This document shows, in pieces, positions 36,721 to 50,051 of a DNA stretch of 64,000 nucleotides. This DNA is from Basidiobolus meristosporus CBS 931.73. Taxonomy: Eukaryota > Fungi > Basidiobolomycota. The translations under genes and the position numbers were made by a program. The stretch lies in contig MCFE01000081.1 of the NCBI GenBank assembly GCA_002104905.1, forward strand, positions 1 to 64,000, written 5' to 3'. The first letter of the stretch is position 1; every line of letters starts with the position of its first letter. The notes below the pieces were generated by a model. The model ran no database searches. It worked only from the letters and a program-made list of their open reading frames with translations, and was not told the origin of the DNA.

Positions 36721-36986
36721 AGTCCCCCTGGTGGATCCAATCTGGGTCAGCTATTGGGATCCCACAATGAGTCAGTGATAGTGCTAGCAGCTTGGAATCA
36801 TTGACTTTCCATACCATCTTATGATGGGATTATATTGGCATTTTGCTGAGTTTACTGCCAAATAGAGTAAAATCTCAATGGTGTTTTAGCAGTCTTGCAA
36901 CAGGAACTGCATAGCACTTTAATGGTCTTAGTGTGCTCTTCATCCCTGCAAAAAATAATATGATCATGCAGGTGTATCCAATATGG

Positions 36987-38560
36987 TGTGGCAAGTCTTG
37001 GCAAAAGATTTGTAGAGGAATAGGGAGTTTAGCTAGTAGTGTATTCACTAAAACTTGACCTGATTGTTGTTGAGGTTCCAGCAGCTCCTTATACACATTT
37101 TGCCAGATCATCTGCTGCCTAATTGTATTTCCTAATATAGGTTGTGGCTGATGACTCAATTGAGTGCATCATCATCACCCAATAAGATCCTACTCAATGT
37201 CTCTATTTTGGTTTGATTAGGATCTGCTGATTCATTTGCTGACTAATGCTACTGATTTGATAGATAACACTGATACACTGATAGGCATTACATGTAACTG
37301 ATTGATTTGACTAAGAACTAACCTATCTTGAACATTCAACTAGTATATCATTACATTCTCCCCTACTAAAGTTGAAAGGGTTCTTCTGAAGCTCTTTTCT
37401 TGTAGTACCAATATCATGATGGTTCAGTATTGTTGGCAGGTCTTGCCAGCTTGATTCTGTCTCTATGAACTAAATCTTTCTGGATATTCCCGTGTTTGAC
37501 CACTAGGTGGTAAGTTGCCAATGGACATTTGCTGATGATCTTAAAATGTCCTGTCCATTGTGGCTCAGACATCTTCCAAGTGTTGTTTCTCAGCAATACA
37601 TAGTTCTCAGCTGTCAATGCTTATGATCAAATAGTTATATCAAATCTCTGCTTCATCTTTTCTGCACTTTGAGATACTTTGGCCTGTGCCTCTTGACATC
37701 TTTGCTCCAGCTGCTGGTGTCTAATTGACTGACTGAGCTTATCTTCTAAGGTGTCTGTAAGCTTTGGTTGTGTGAGATCTCCTAGAATCCTTGGTTCACA
37801 TCCAGACATCAAGTGAAATGGCAATTGTTGGGTGATGTTGTGTACTATAACTTGACATGCAAAAGGTGCTGGGTTTATATACTTGTCCCATTGACTGACA
37901 GCTCCATTTGCATGCTTGGACAGCATTTTCCAAACAATGTATAAACCACTCATTGACTCCATATGTTCTTAGGTGATATGGTAAGGTATTCAAGTGTTTG
38001 ATATGCTGCATTTCCAGGCAAGATTCCAATGTCTTTGCCATGAAGTTTGCTACTCTATTGGATAAAATCTTTACAGGGCATCCAAACTTCATAAGGATCT
38101 TATTGTAGATGAAACTTGCAACTTCTTGCTCACTGCCTACAGGTACAGCTTTAGCCACTGGCCACTTGGTGGCATGGTCAATTGCTACTAGGATCCAACA
38201 TTGCATTTCCTGGTTATTGGCAGTTTTCCAATAAAGACAATTTCCCATATATTGAATGGTCTTACAGGCTCCAAGGGAGAGGGTTTGGCAATTCTCTGTG
38301 GTTGGCCTTGGTTGATTTGGCAATTTGGGCAGGTTTTCACTAACTTCTTAATATCTTGTTTCATTCTGGGCCACCATGCTCTGGCTTTCACAAAGCTATA
38401 GGTACTTTTGACTCCAAGATGTTCATATCAATTGTGTAGCTTATGTACTAAATCCAGGCAAGCAACATAAGGGCAATAGGCAATAGGGCTTCCATTAACA
38501 ATCTGGTAGAGAATTTCATCATGTACCATAAATTTGCAACACCATTATGGTAAGGTTAGC
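36987..38560 (-). mobile_element. 3' half of a gypsy G1 copy: integrase remnant, PPT and 3' LTR (36987-37355)
   Basis: KARAWWPRM, WILVAIDHATKWPVA, ILSNRVANF (decayed SDRGANF), PQWTGHFKI; PPT tagtaggggagaa abuts the LTR. Confidence 0.9.
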
Positions 38561-39011
38561 ATATGTCCAACTATACACAATAATAGGTGTAGGACCTAAT
38601 TACCAATCCAGCTAGGTAACCTGATAATAAACCATGATGATGTGGCCATACCTGTTTCAGCCAACAGCCCACTTATTGGCAAGAGTTGGTTTCTCCAACA
38701 TAAGATGGACTCTGCAGTGCATCTGAGCTCAGGTAGGACACTGAGAATAGCCCACTGATTCATATCATCAATGAGATCAAGGAGTGTAGCAACAGTGCAA
38801 CAATACAGGAGGTGAAGCCATCACAGTCTCTGATTATTACACATAAGGTGATAAAAATACTACTTGCAAGTTAGACCATGATCTCATTAGAGATACCAGT
38901 AGCATATTGGACAAATAGAAGAATGAAAACCACAACAAAGGTATTTGGCCATATGAAGGAAATCTTAATCCTTATAGTAGGGACACTGCCAAAATTTGAG
39001 ATGCAAAGCAT

Positions 39012-39590
39012 TGTTGTGGTGTGTAAGCCCAAGGGAGAGATACATCCAACACTTCTCAGTGTTTTGTGTGTGGGGTGTTCACTGGGTGCAATAACCTCTG
39101 GCAAAAGCTTGCTAGGAATACTTGGGTTCTCTCTCTAATCTAATGTGATGGGGAATCAAGCCACAAGCTTGTCAAGGGAAAACTATTGAATCAGAATGAG
39201 CTAGAATGCTCTAAGCAGGTGCCAGAAGGTTCTAAGAGGCACTGCACATCTAACAAATCAGGAATCAGTACTCTGAAGCCTGTGTAACATAGGCATACCA
39301 TATATGGTATGAAAATGGTAGGGATGGTGACAGAGGTTGATCATGTGTCATGGGTACTGGCATGGGTACTTGCCTAATATAGAAGCACTCACAGCAAGTA
39401 ATCTTACATAAAGTGAGGGATAACTTATGCAATAAGGTAAGCAGGTGTGATAGTCAACCAGCTTATGGGATAGTACTGATCAGGTAAGACATATGTGATA
39501 AAGCTAAAATAAGTGTAGTAGAGATATAGGGAAGTAGAAAACATGGGAATGAACATATCTGTCAGTGGGTGTCAGTGTCACCCCACTACA
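39012..39590 (-). mobile_element. Internally deleted solo LTR, family L
   Basis: Both ends match 28975-30398; flanks gcat (39008-39011) and gtgt (39591-39594). Confidence 0.78.
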
Positions 39591-39599
39591 GTGTGAAAA

Positions 39600-42320
39600 G
39601 CTTAGAGGTTGATAATGGACAACAGATGGTGATACTGCATAGAGGAGTGCTGTTGTTGAACATAGAGTAAGTCAACAGAAATGACTAAGAACCACCTACA
39701 TGCAAGGAGTCAGAAGTCAAGCCCCTTCAACTGGATGCTGACCTAGTCTACCACTAATGCTACAAGACAGGTTCCTAGAAGGAATGCACCCTCTTGCTTG
39801 AGTATTCTATAAGAACCATATATTGGCCATAGGCCCAGAGTATATCACCAAATCCACCTTGCTGACAAGTACTCCATGAAGCAAAAAGCCTAAAGCAACT
39901 CACAAACTGACACAGTATGTACTAAAGAGACAATTGAAACCTTATTAAAGGACAACATCATTACAGAGAGCCATTCTTGTGGGCCTTCCCAGCACTGATA
40001 GCCCAAAGAGGTACAGAGAAGCAATGTTTTGGAATAGACTTTCAAATGGTGAATGCTATCACCCAGAAGGATATGTATTCACTACTACAAGTAGACAACC
40101 TTGTGAACAGATTAGTTGGAGCTAAATATTTTAGCTCTCTTGACATAATCTCTAGGTATTGGCAACTAGAAGTAGCTCCAGAAGATTAACCTAAAGCTGC
40201 ATTGATAACATTGTTTGTACTAAGCGAATGGAAACTACTGCCCTTTGGCTTGTGAAGTGCCCCTGCTATGTACCAAAGGATAATCAATAGGGTACTAGGA
40301 ATACCACAATGGGAATGTGCTCATCTGTGCCTAGAAAACTTCACTTTATATTCTCTGGATGTAGAAGAACATAAATATAATGTGCACAATTTCCCAACAG
40401 CCTTCTTGAGGATCAGCTCAAACTACATCCCAAGAAGTGACACTTCTTGAATACAAAATTGTTGTTGCTGGGCCACAAGATATTGGTAGATGGGATTTAC
40501 CCATCTACTTCCCTACAGAAGGCTGATCAAGATACACTTGTGCCATAGGATATCAAGCAAATGTTGAGTTACCAGGAGTAGCTGGCTACTATTGCCACTT
40601 TGTTAAATGCTTTGCAACAATAGTGGCCCCTATGTACAAATTAATGTGGAAAGGCCATTGTTCTATATGGTTAGAGCCTCAAAAGGAAGCATTCAATCAG
40701 CTAAAATATTCCCTTATATTACCCCTAGTGTTACAATGTCCAATCAGGATGTGCAATTTCTTGCTAACTGTGATGGAAGCCTCACTGGTAGAGGCACCAT
40801 ACTGGGACAATACTACTAACCCTGCAAACTCCACCCAAGTGGTTACATGAGCCATTTGCTAAACAAACACAAACATAACTACCTTGTTACTAAGATAGAT
40901 AATCAGGCTGTTGTTTATTCCATTAAGCAATTCTATACATACATACATGGTTGCCAATTAAAATAGTAAAAGACCACAGCACATTGGTCTAGCTGATGAA
41001 AACTAAAGACTTCACCAGCAGGCTAGCATATTGGGCCCTCCAACTACAGGGATACAACTTTGAAATAATCCACTGTGCTTGCAAGAAACACCAGGATGCA
41101 GAATACCTGAGTTGCTATCCTGTTTGCCAAATACAGATCAGTGATATTCAATAGGACCTTATCTACTTTATAGAGAAGACAAAGTATCTCAAACACATTG
41201 TTCCAAACATACTGAAGAGAGAACTCCAAAGGAAATTGTGTCAGTATAGAATACAAGAAAACCAATTATGGCTCCTCCAAGGGCAGTTCAGAGCAATGGT
41301 GCCCCATTAGCTGCCCACAAAGCAATCATACAAGAAAGACATTTGTTATCAGGACACATTAACCCCCTAACAGCATATAGGATTTTAAGAAAGACATTTC
41401 ATTGGAAAAAGATGATGACCAACATCATAGATATATTACAAAGATGCACCACATAAAAACAACTTAACTGGAGTCACAAGATAGAGACAGCTGCGCCAAC
41501 ACTAGTTAGCTTACCCTTCCACCAGGTACGGATTGACTTTGTAGGGTCCCTTACAAAAAAAGAAAGGAGAACAATACATAATAATTGCTACCAATTTTTC
41601 TTGCAGTGGGTAGAACCCATGCCATCCAAAATAAAGATCAGAAGACACCTGCCCAATTCATTTTAGAATACCTCATCAGCCAGCATGGATATCCTTAGAT
41701 ACTCCTAACCAACATTGGAGGTTCATTCCTGAGCTACACTGTGGCCCACCTGTGCAAAATGATAGGCGTGAAACAGGTCATCATGGCCATTTATCATCTC
41801 CAGACTATCAGATTAACCAGGTGGATGGAGAAGGAGTGTTGCTCTATACTAGGGAAGCTTCACTGGGAACTTCCCCAGTCATGGGCCAAGCTGCTCCCAC
41901 TGTCACTGCTAGCAATGCCTACCACACCTAATAAAATAATAGGTTTCTCCTTGTAAGAAATCCTACATAAACAGAGACCCAAGTGGCATGAAGAAGCTGG
42001 ACTGACAATGGAGGGCATCCCCCCAACAACACATAACAGCTATATAGAGAGGTTGATGCACCATATTGCCTACCTATACTTAAAAATATTTGAAAATGTT
42101 GCTAAACATCCTCCCCATGCACCTAAAAATTAGAAACCAACAAGACAAAAGTGGAAACCAGGGAATAAGAGGTATGACTAAGCCATTACAGGCCTCAAGT
42201 TTTGCCCTCAATTTACACCCTAATTGATTGGTCCTTGCACCATTATCAATTTGGACTATAGACCAAAGTACAACATCACCCTGGATAATAGGACAATCAG
42301 CAATGTGGCACCTGCCCATC
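39600..42320 (+). mobile_element. Highly degenerate Ty3/gypsy pol (family G2): RT-RNase H-integrase
   Basis: WAFPALI..., ITQKDMYSLLQVDNL..GAKYFSSLD..SRYWQ, RNase H-like CDGSLTG..LGQ and SRLAYWALQLQGYNFEI, and integrase-like fragments; many stops and frameshifts. Confidence 0.82.
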
Positions 42321-42699
42321 TAAAACAGTTCATTTCATGATCCACTGATCATCACCAAGACCAAAGTGTTATTAAACAATCATCAGGACAAGGACTGAGG
42401 ATGACACAGAATATGTACAGGGTTTATTAGAGGAGATTCTGATTGATATAGGTACAAATGGATTGTGCAAGGAAGTTTGCCCACAAGGCAGCACAAAAGA
42501 ATTTACATGCAAAGTGTTAAAGGAAACAGTTCACCTAAAACTGGCTATACTCCCTCTAGCAGCAACAATCATGACAACATCAAAAAAAAGATGGACCTGC
42601 TGGTGTTGAGAGATGTCATACACATATGATGTGCAACAAGAAGCACCTAAAAGGAGACATTTGCCAGTAAAGTCATGCTAATACACAATACACTCAGGC

Positions 42700-44930
42700 A
42701 GGGACATGACAAGTTACCAACACAATCAATACATGGAGATACTACCCAAAAAGTCAGTAGACCACTTGTGAAGAGGTTCTTGAGTTATTAAGTTTGGTAA
42801 AAAACAATTTGGTCCATGAGTTGCTCTAATCCAGATCAGTTGTGAAGATTCCATCAGGAGACCACAATAATACCAGCGGCTCTGAATTAATGACCATATA
42901 CACAATCTTGTGATGGGATCACAATGGCCTTTTGCTAATTTGACAGTCAAATAAAGTTGTTAAAATATATCGGTGTTTGTACAGTTTTTTGGCAAGGGTG
43001 GCATGGCATTGTTGCATTCTTAGCATGCTTTACAGATATTGGAGTATATCTAACAGACCAGTACATCCAATTGCCTTCTATGGCAAGAAACCTGACGGTT
43101 TTTTGATGGCCTCATTGCAAGCTCTGATGGCTTTATTGCAGCAGTATAGCTTTTTAGTTTGTTGCTTGCCAAGTTGCCATCTATTTTGCATTGCAGGTAA
43201 AATATACATCTTGCAAACATATGCTTAGTTGTTGCACATCTGCCATGAATACCTCCTGAATATCTGCAAAATACTTCTTGGTATTTGGCCAATATATTCC
43301 TTCTCCCAGCTGGATCCTAATCCCCCTTATAGGTGGGTTCTGGCTCATGTTTGTGTGAATTCCATATTAAATGGTGTAGAAGTTAGCTTGTGACCACAAG
43401 AAATCCAGCATACCTTGGTAGAGTTTTTCTAATAGAAATTAGTTGCTTGTTGCACCCAACCCAACTTTGCATTACCTGATTGATTACACACACATTGAGG
43501 CTGCTTAGCTTCTTAATACCATAGGCATAGGTGTCTCCATGTGCACATCTGTACTCAGTATTTTCCAGCTCTTCCTGGCTGTCCTCCTACTCATCACATC
43601 CATGACAGACTTGAAGGTATTATTCTTGATGAGATTGGGATATGGTAGTGCCTGCAACTTGATTCATCTTCCCATTTCCCCACACATCTGCATCATAGGA
43701 AGCTCCCAAAAGGTAAAGCAAGGCCCAATATTCTCCACACACTGTGCACATTGGAGTAGAGAATGGATACAGTAGAGGCAGAGATCAACATGCTCAGCTC
43801 TATGTTTGCAACATAGCCGCCCAAATCCCATTACTAACTCTTTGCAAAGCAGCTGTACATGCGTCAAGTTGGCATGGGCAATCCACTTCTTGATATATAA
43901 TCCTGCAATGTCTTCATATGACTCCCAATGCTTTCAGTGCTCTCTTGATAGAAATGGCTTCAGTAGGGCACTTAAATAAATAGATATCCAGTTCATCTAG
44001 TCCTTGCACTTTTATTGTTAAGCGTGCAAATGAATGTTGATTGAAGCCTGTAAGAAGCACTTAGGGTATCAGAGACTCTCTATTTTCTTGCCTATTCATT
44101 CAAATTTCTTCAGTAACTCAAAGGCTCATTTAGCTTGAAATGCTCCATGCACAACTTGGTCATTGTTAAAGGGATATTGTAGAAAAGTGATTGCATTGCT
44201 CTCAGAGGAAAGCTTTTGCCCCAGCAGATACCCACTACCTTGGGTGTCTTTGGTTTCTGATTAAATCCATATTCTGACCAATGGCTTTTAGCTTACCAGC
44301 TTTGCTGCAATTATGTGCTGACTTCTCTACGTTCTCTCTGGGGGAATCTGATGCTCATAGTGTTGGTATTTGGACAATAATGATGTGTGTGAGCTATGGA
44401 GTAAGTCCTATGGATCTCCCACATGAGATAGCAATACCATCCATTGTGCCCAGAAAAGTTGGCTATATTGCTGATGGCTAGAATATCTCCAAAGCAGATA
44501 ATAGTATATGCTTTTACATGACAGCTGTTTATTGTTATCCCACTGAAAAGTATACAGAATTCATTGAGCAATGAATACCAGTAGCTACCCAGGTTGGATG
44601 GTGATTTAGGCTAAGATACCAGTGAGATTGCCATCTGATTTCTGCTCTAATATTGTAAGATAGGCAGCAGATTCAGGTTAACAAGAATTGGTGGCCAGCA
44701 GGATTTGATGATAGAGTACTTGTTTAATGGGAATACATCAGGTGCCAAGGAAAAGGCATGGTCATACATACCATCAGAATTGCCCTTGCTTTGTGGCTGT
44801 TTATAATGTTTGCCATCATACATATCTGATATGTTTGCAAATGATTGATACTGAGTGCAGTACTTTATAGCTTCACAATATTTGTTAGATTGCATGAGAT
44901 TCTTTACACAGAGCATTCCAGGAATATATC
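42700..44930 (-). mobile_element. CACTA/En-Spm (tnp2-like) transposase remnant
   Basis: ISDMYDGKHYK...FSLAPDVF...SCWPPILVNLNLLP and FGDILAISNIANFSGHNG resemble conserved Transposase_21 blocks (DGxxY, STDGF, WPxxxxNxNLPP, GDxPA, KGHNG). Confidence 0.72.
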
Positions 44931-44999
44931 CAGAGTGTGAAGAATGTTTTCTCCAAATGGTTGGGGATTCTTGACAAGTTGGTCAACCTTGAGATTGTG

Positions 45000-45440
45000 G
45001 CTCCAGTGCCCATTACAAGCAGGGCCAAAGCCCCAAACCAGCATCAAAGAGGCATCAGGTTGCTGGAAGAGTGCCAATAAGGGAAAAGCAGGTAGACACA
45101 GATGCACCAGCTCAGCATTTATTATGGAAAAGTGCAGTTCTAATCAAGAAGCACTCATCCAAAGTAGCAGTGAAGGACCAGGCTGTCATAAAAACAAGCA
45201 GCTATCTCAGAAGCCTGTTGCAGCATAGGCCAAGAGCTTAAAACAAGCAAGAAAGAAGTGTCAGATTGCTTGCAGATTGCCAGCAAGGAACATGCATACC
45301 AAACAGATGCATCAGAGCAACATTTATCAAGGTAAAACTTATTTAATACTAGAAGCACTCAGACAAAGTAGCAGTGAAAGACATGGCAGTGATAAAGAAA
45401 AAGGTAAAGGGCAAAAGGTCCACCCAAGCCAGTGATAGGG
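45000..45440 (+). mobile_element. Fragment of the CACTA-associated accessory ORF (copy 3), divergent from the transposase remnant
   Basis: Reverse-complement match to 58230-58670 (e.g. gcatcaaagaggcatcagg...gcaggtagacacagatgcaccagc). Confidence 0.65.
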
Positions 45441-45577
45441 AAGTGTAAGAAAAAAGCTGCCGTTCTGGCCAAATAACACTTTATGCATGGAAAAGACTGG
45501 ATTCCATCATAGCCTAGAAGAATTACCAACAGGATAACAGCTGCTTTCTTAAGAGTTGGTAGTGCAGCCAGTTGAGC

Positions 45578-48500
45578 TGTTATGATCTGCCGCTTGAATG
45601 TTTAAGTTAGATCAGCTTCTAGTCAAATCAATTAGTATATGTTTAGGTTATCATTAAATCAGTATTATCTATCAAATTGGTAGCATTAGTCAGCAAATGA
45701 ATCAGCAGATCCTTATCAGACAGAAATAGATATATTAAGTAGGATCTTATTGGGTGATGATGATGCAATCAAATGAGTCATCAGCCACAACCTACATTAG
45801 GAAATACAATTAGTCAGCAATTGATCTAGCAAAATTGTATATAAGGAGCTGCTGGAACCTCAATAAAAATCAGTTCAAGCTTTAGTGAATACAATACTAG
45901 CTAAACTCCCTATTCCTCTACAACACTTATACCAAGACTTGTAACATTGGTAGCAGCAATAACCAGAAACCTCCCTCCTGAAGAAAGAAGAAACCACCCT
46001 CAAGATGTTGGACAATCAAGAATGGAAGAATGCCATGCAGCAAATCCTGGCCCAACAGCAACAGTTACTCCAGGTCCTCAGCCAACAGCAACAAGGAATG
46101 ACTACCATGGCTCAGAGCTAGCAGAGCCCTGTTAAGAGCAACTTTAGTGTGAAGGTCAACTGGTACCGTGGCAGAGTCAATGAAAACCTGGGAACTTAGC
46201 TCTTCCAGGTTGATGAGGCTCTTAAAGATAAAGGAATTGCTCCAGAAAGCAAGTTGTTTTATGCAGCTTCTTACCTGGCAGATGCAGCCTTACAGTGGTA
46301 CCACAACAAGATCAGGTCAGCCACTATGATGGGATGCTCTACAATCTCTACCTGGAATGAGTTTGTGTCAGAAATTCAGGATGCTTTTGAACCTCCACAC
46401 CAACAGACACTACTAAGAAGGAAGTTAAAGACACTCAGACAGAAAGGAATGGTTCAAGAATACATCCATGAGTACAGATGTCCACTTGGACAAGTTGAAA
46501 GAATGGACCCCCTGGATCAAGTGGAATACTTTATTGATGGGTTCAAAGGAAGAATTTGCAAGGAAGTGAATTATTGAAGACCTCAAACTATTGAAGAAGC
46601 CATCAAGATTGCAATTGACTATGACTCAGCTATGTTTGGAGTTGGGAAGCATACAGTGACTAATCAGAAAGGCTATAATCATTATGAAAGAAGACAGTCA
46701 GAAGCGGTACCAATGGAAATAGACGCTATGCAGAAGAATCCGACCTCAGAAGAATGAAAGCAGAAAGGACTTTGCTTCAATTGCCACCAGCAATGATATA
46801 TTGCAAAGTACTGCCCTCAGAGAAGAAATGGAGACCAGCCATCAAGAACCTTTAACCGTATTGAGTCCATGGAGCATAGTAACATGGAGGATGAGCTTGA
46901 AGAAGACTCAGAACTCACCTTCCACATAACAGAAGAATACCTATCCCAGATGACCTCAAACTCAGGAAAGCTATTATGCTTAAATGGAGTAATCAATGGA
47001 GTACCTGTCAAGATCATGAATGACTCAGGAGCAACACATGAGTATGCGTCAGAGCAATTTGCTCCAAAAGCTGGAATCAACTCAGAACCTACCAAATCAA
47101 CTTCAGTCTCAACAGCTGATGGGAACTCTCACATAATCAACCGTATTACTCAGCCAGTAAGAAAGAAGATCAATGACTTTGAAGAAGACCTTCAGGCTTA
47201 TATATTTGGGAACTGCAAGTTTGACCTTGTACTTGAAAAAAGCTGGCTATTTTGTTGTAATCCATCAATCAACTGGAGAACCAATGCTACTCAGATCCAA
47301 AAAGACAACAAGTGTTACAAGTCTTGGTATAAGAGTTGTAGAGGAATAGGGAGTTTAGCTAGTACTGTATTCACTAAAACTTGAACTGATTTTTATTGAG
47401 GTTCCAGCAGCTCCTTATATACATTTTGCCAGATCAATTGCTGACTAATTGTATTTTGTAATGTAGGTTGTGGCTGATGACTCATTTCATTGCATCATCA
47501 TCACCCAATAAGATCCTACTTAATATATCTATTTCTCTCTGATAAGGATCTGCTGATTCATTTGCTGACTAATGCTACTGATTTCATAGAAAATACTGAT
47601 ATACTGATAACCTAAACATATACTAATTGATTTGACTAAAAACTGATTTAACTTAAACATTCAAGCGGCAGATCATAACACAAGACCTATGAGCTATTAC
47701 CTGCCAGGCTGGATTTCAACTTAGTCAATTCCAGTATGGGTGAGACAAGTGAACTTATCAAGACCAAGTTCTGTAGAGTGCTTAGAAAAGGTACCCATAT
47801 GTTCCTCATGGCAGTATTACAGTAGGATTCCACTACCCCAGCACCCCAGCAGGTCCAGACTCTCTTGAAGAAATATTCAGATGTGTTTCCAGATGAGCTT
47901 GTAAGCTTACCACCAGTCAGAGATGTGGATCATGCCATTGACACAGGAGATAGCCCTCCAGTGAGCAAGATACCTTACAGAATGAGTCCATGGGAATTGG
48001 AGGAAATGAAGAGTCAAATTGATCAGCTATTGGAGCATGGATACATCAGACCCAGCAAGTCACCTTGGGGGGCAACAGTGCTTTTTGTGAAAAACAAGGA
48101 TGGAACACTTAGGATGTGCATTGACTACAGAGCCCTGAACTCAGTTACCGTCAAGAATAAGTACCCCATACCTCAGATTGATGAGCTTTTGGACCAACTT
48201 AATGGAGCCACTATTCTCAGCAAGATTGACCTCATGTCAGGATACAACCAGATTAAGGTGAAGCCAGAAGACATCCCAAAGATAGCATTCAGGACCAGAT
48301 ATGGACATTACAAGTACTTAGTCATGAGTTTTGGCCTCACCATGCCCCTGCAACTTTCATGACCCTGATGCAGACTGTCTTCCAGGAGTACTTAGACAAG
48401 TTTGTCATAATCTACCTAGATGATATACTGATATACAGCAAGACAGAGGAGGATCACATGGTGCACATTGAAAAGGTCTTGAAGAAGCTAAGAGAGAACA

Positions 48501-50051
48501 AGCTTTATGGCAAGCTACCCAAGTGTGAATTCTTCAAGGAACACGTTGAATATCTGGGACATATAGTGACTAGCACAGGAGTAACCTTAGACCCTAAGAA
48601 GGTGGAGGTAATTAAGAATCTGAAGCAGCCCCATAGCATATCAGAGCTCAGATCATTCCTTGGAATGGTTTCCTATTACTGAAGATTTGTAGTACAGGAT
48701 GAAACACTCTACCAAATTATTGATGGAAGCCCTATTGCCTATTGCCCTTATGTTTCTTGCCTGGATTCAATACATAAGCTACACAATGGATATGGACATC
48801 TTGGAATTGACGGAACCTATAGTCTTGTGAAAGCCAGAACATGGTGGCCCAGAATGAAACAAGACATTGAGAAGCTAGTGAAAACATGCCCAAATTGCCA
48901 AAACAACCAATGCCAATCACAGAGAATTGCCAAACTCTTTCCCTTGGGGCCTGTAAGTACATTTGAAAGATGGGGAATTGACTCTATTGGAAGACTGCCA
49001 ACTACCAGGAAATGCAACTGTTGGATCCTAGCAGCAATTGTGCATGCTACTAAATGGCCAGTGGCTAAAGCTGTACCTAGAGCCAGTGAACAAGAAGTTG
49101 CAAGTTTCATCTACCATGAGATCCTGATGAAGTTTGGATGCCCTGTGGAGATCTTATCTGATAGAGGAGCAAACTTTATGGCAAAGACATTGGAGGCTTA
49201 CCTGGAAATGCAGCAGATCAGACACTTGAAAGCCTTGGCATATGACCCCAGAACTAATGGAGTCACTGAGCAGTTTAATGCATTATTTGGAAAAATGCTG
49301 ACCAAGTATGCAAATGGAGTTGTCAGTAGATGGGATGAGTATATAGACCAAGCACTCTTTGCATGCAGAGTCAGAGTACACAACACCACCCAGCAATCAC
49401 CATTTTACTTAGTGTATGGATGTGAACCAAGGATTCCAGGAGATCTCACATAACTAAAGCTTACAGACACCTTAGAAGATGAACTCAGTCAGCCAAGTAG
49501 ACACCAGCAACTGGAACAAAGACATCAAGAGGCACATACCAAAGTATCTCAAAGTGCAGAAAAGATGGAGCAGAGATTTGATAAGACTATAGCACCAGAA
49601 GCATTGACAGTTGGGAACTTTGTATTGCTAAGAAGCAACACTTGGAAGAAATTTGAGCCACAATGGACAGGACCATTCAAGATCATCAGAGAATGTCCAT
49701 TTGCAACTTACCAACTGGTGGACAAACAAGGCAATATCCGGGAAGACTTAGCGCATAGGGACAGACTCAAGCTTGCAAGACTTGCTGATAATACTGGACC
49801 ATCAAGATATTGGTATCACAAGAAAAGAGATTCAGGAGAACCCTTTCAACTTTAGTAGGGGTGAATGTTATGATCTGCTGCTTGAATGTTTAAGTTAGAT
49901 TGGCTTTTAGTCAAATCAATTAGTATATATTTAGGTTATCATTATATCAGTATTATATATCAAATTGGTAGCATTAGTCAGCAAATGAATCAGCAGATCC
50001 TTATCAGACAGAAATAGATATATTAAGTAGGATCTTATTGGGTGATGATGA
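45578..50051 (+). mobile_element. Near full-length Ty3/gypsy G1 element: 5' LTR 45578-45946, PBS, gag-PR-RT-IN (RNase H missing), PPT, 3' LTR 49866-50051 cut by copia
   Basis: PBS tggtagcagc (Met-i-type 3' end, inferred); gag WYHNK/EYIHEY; CCHC knuckle; PR DSGA; [19 protein letters not shown]; IN SDRGANF, NGVTE and GPFKI. No chromodomain is visible. Confidence 0.95.
47313..47680 (-). mobile_element. G1 solo LTR inserted antisense into G1 pol, with 4-bp TSD
   Basis: Reverse complement of 45578-45946; TSD caag at 47309-47312 and 47681-47684. Removal restores in-frame IQKDNKTYELLPAR. Confidence 0.95.
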
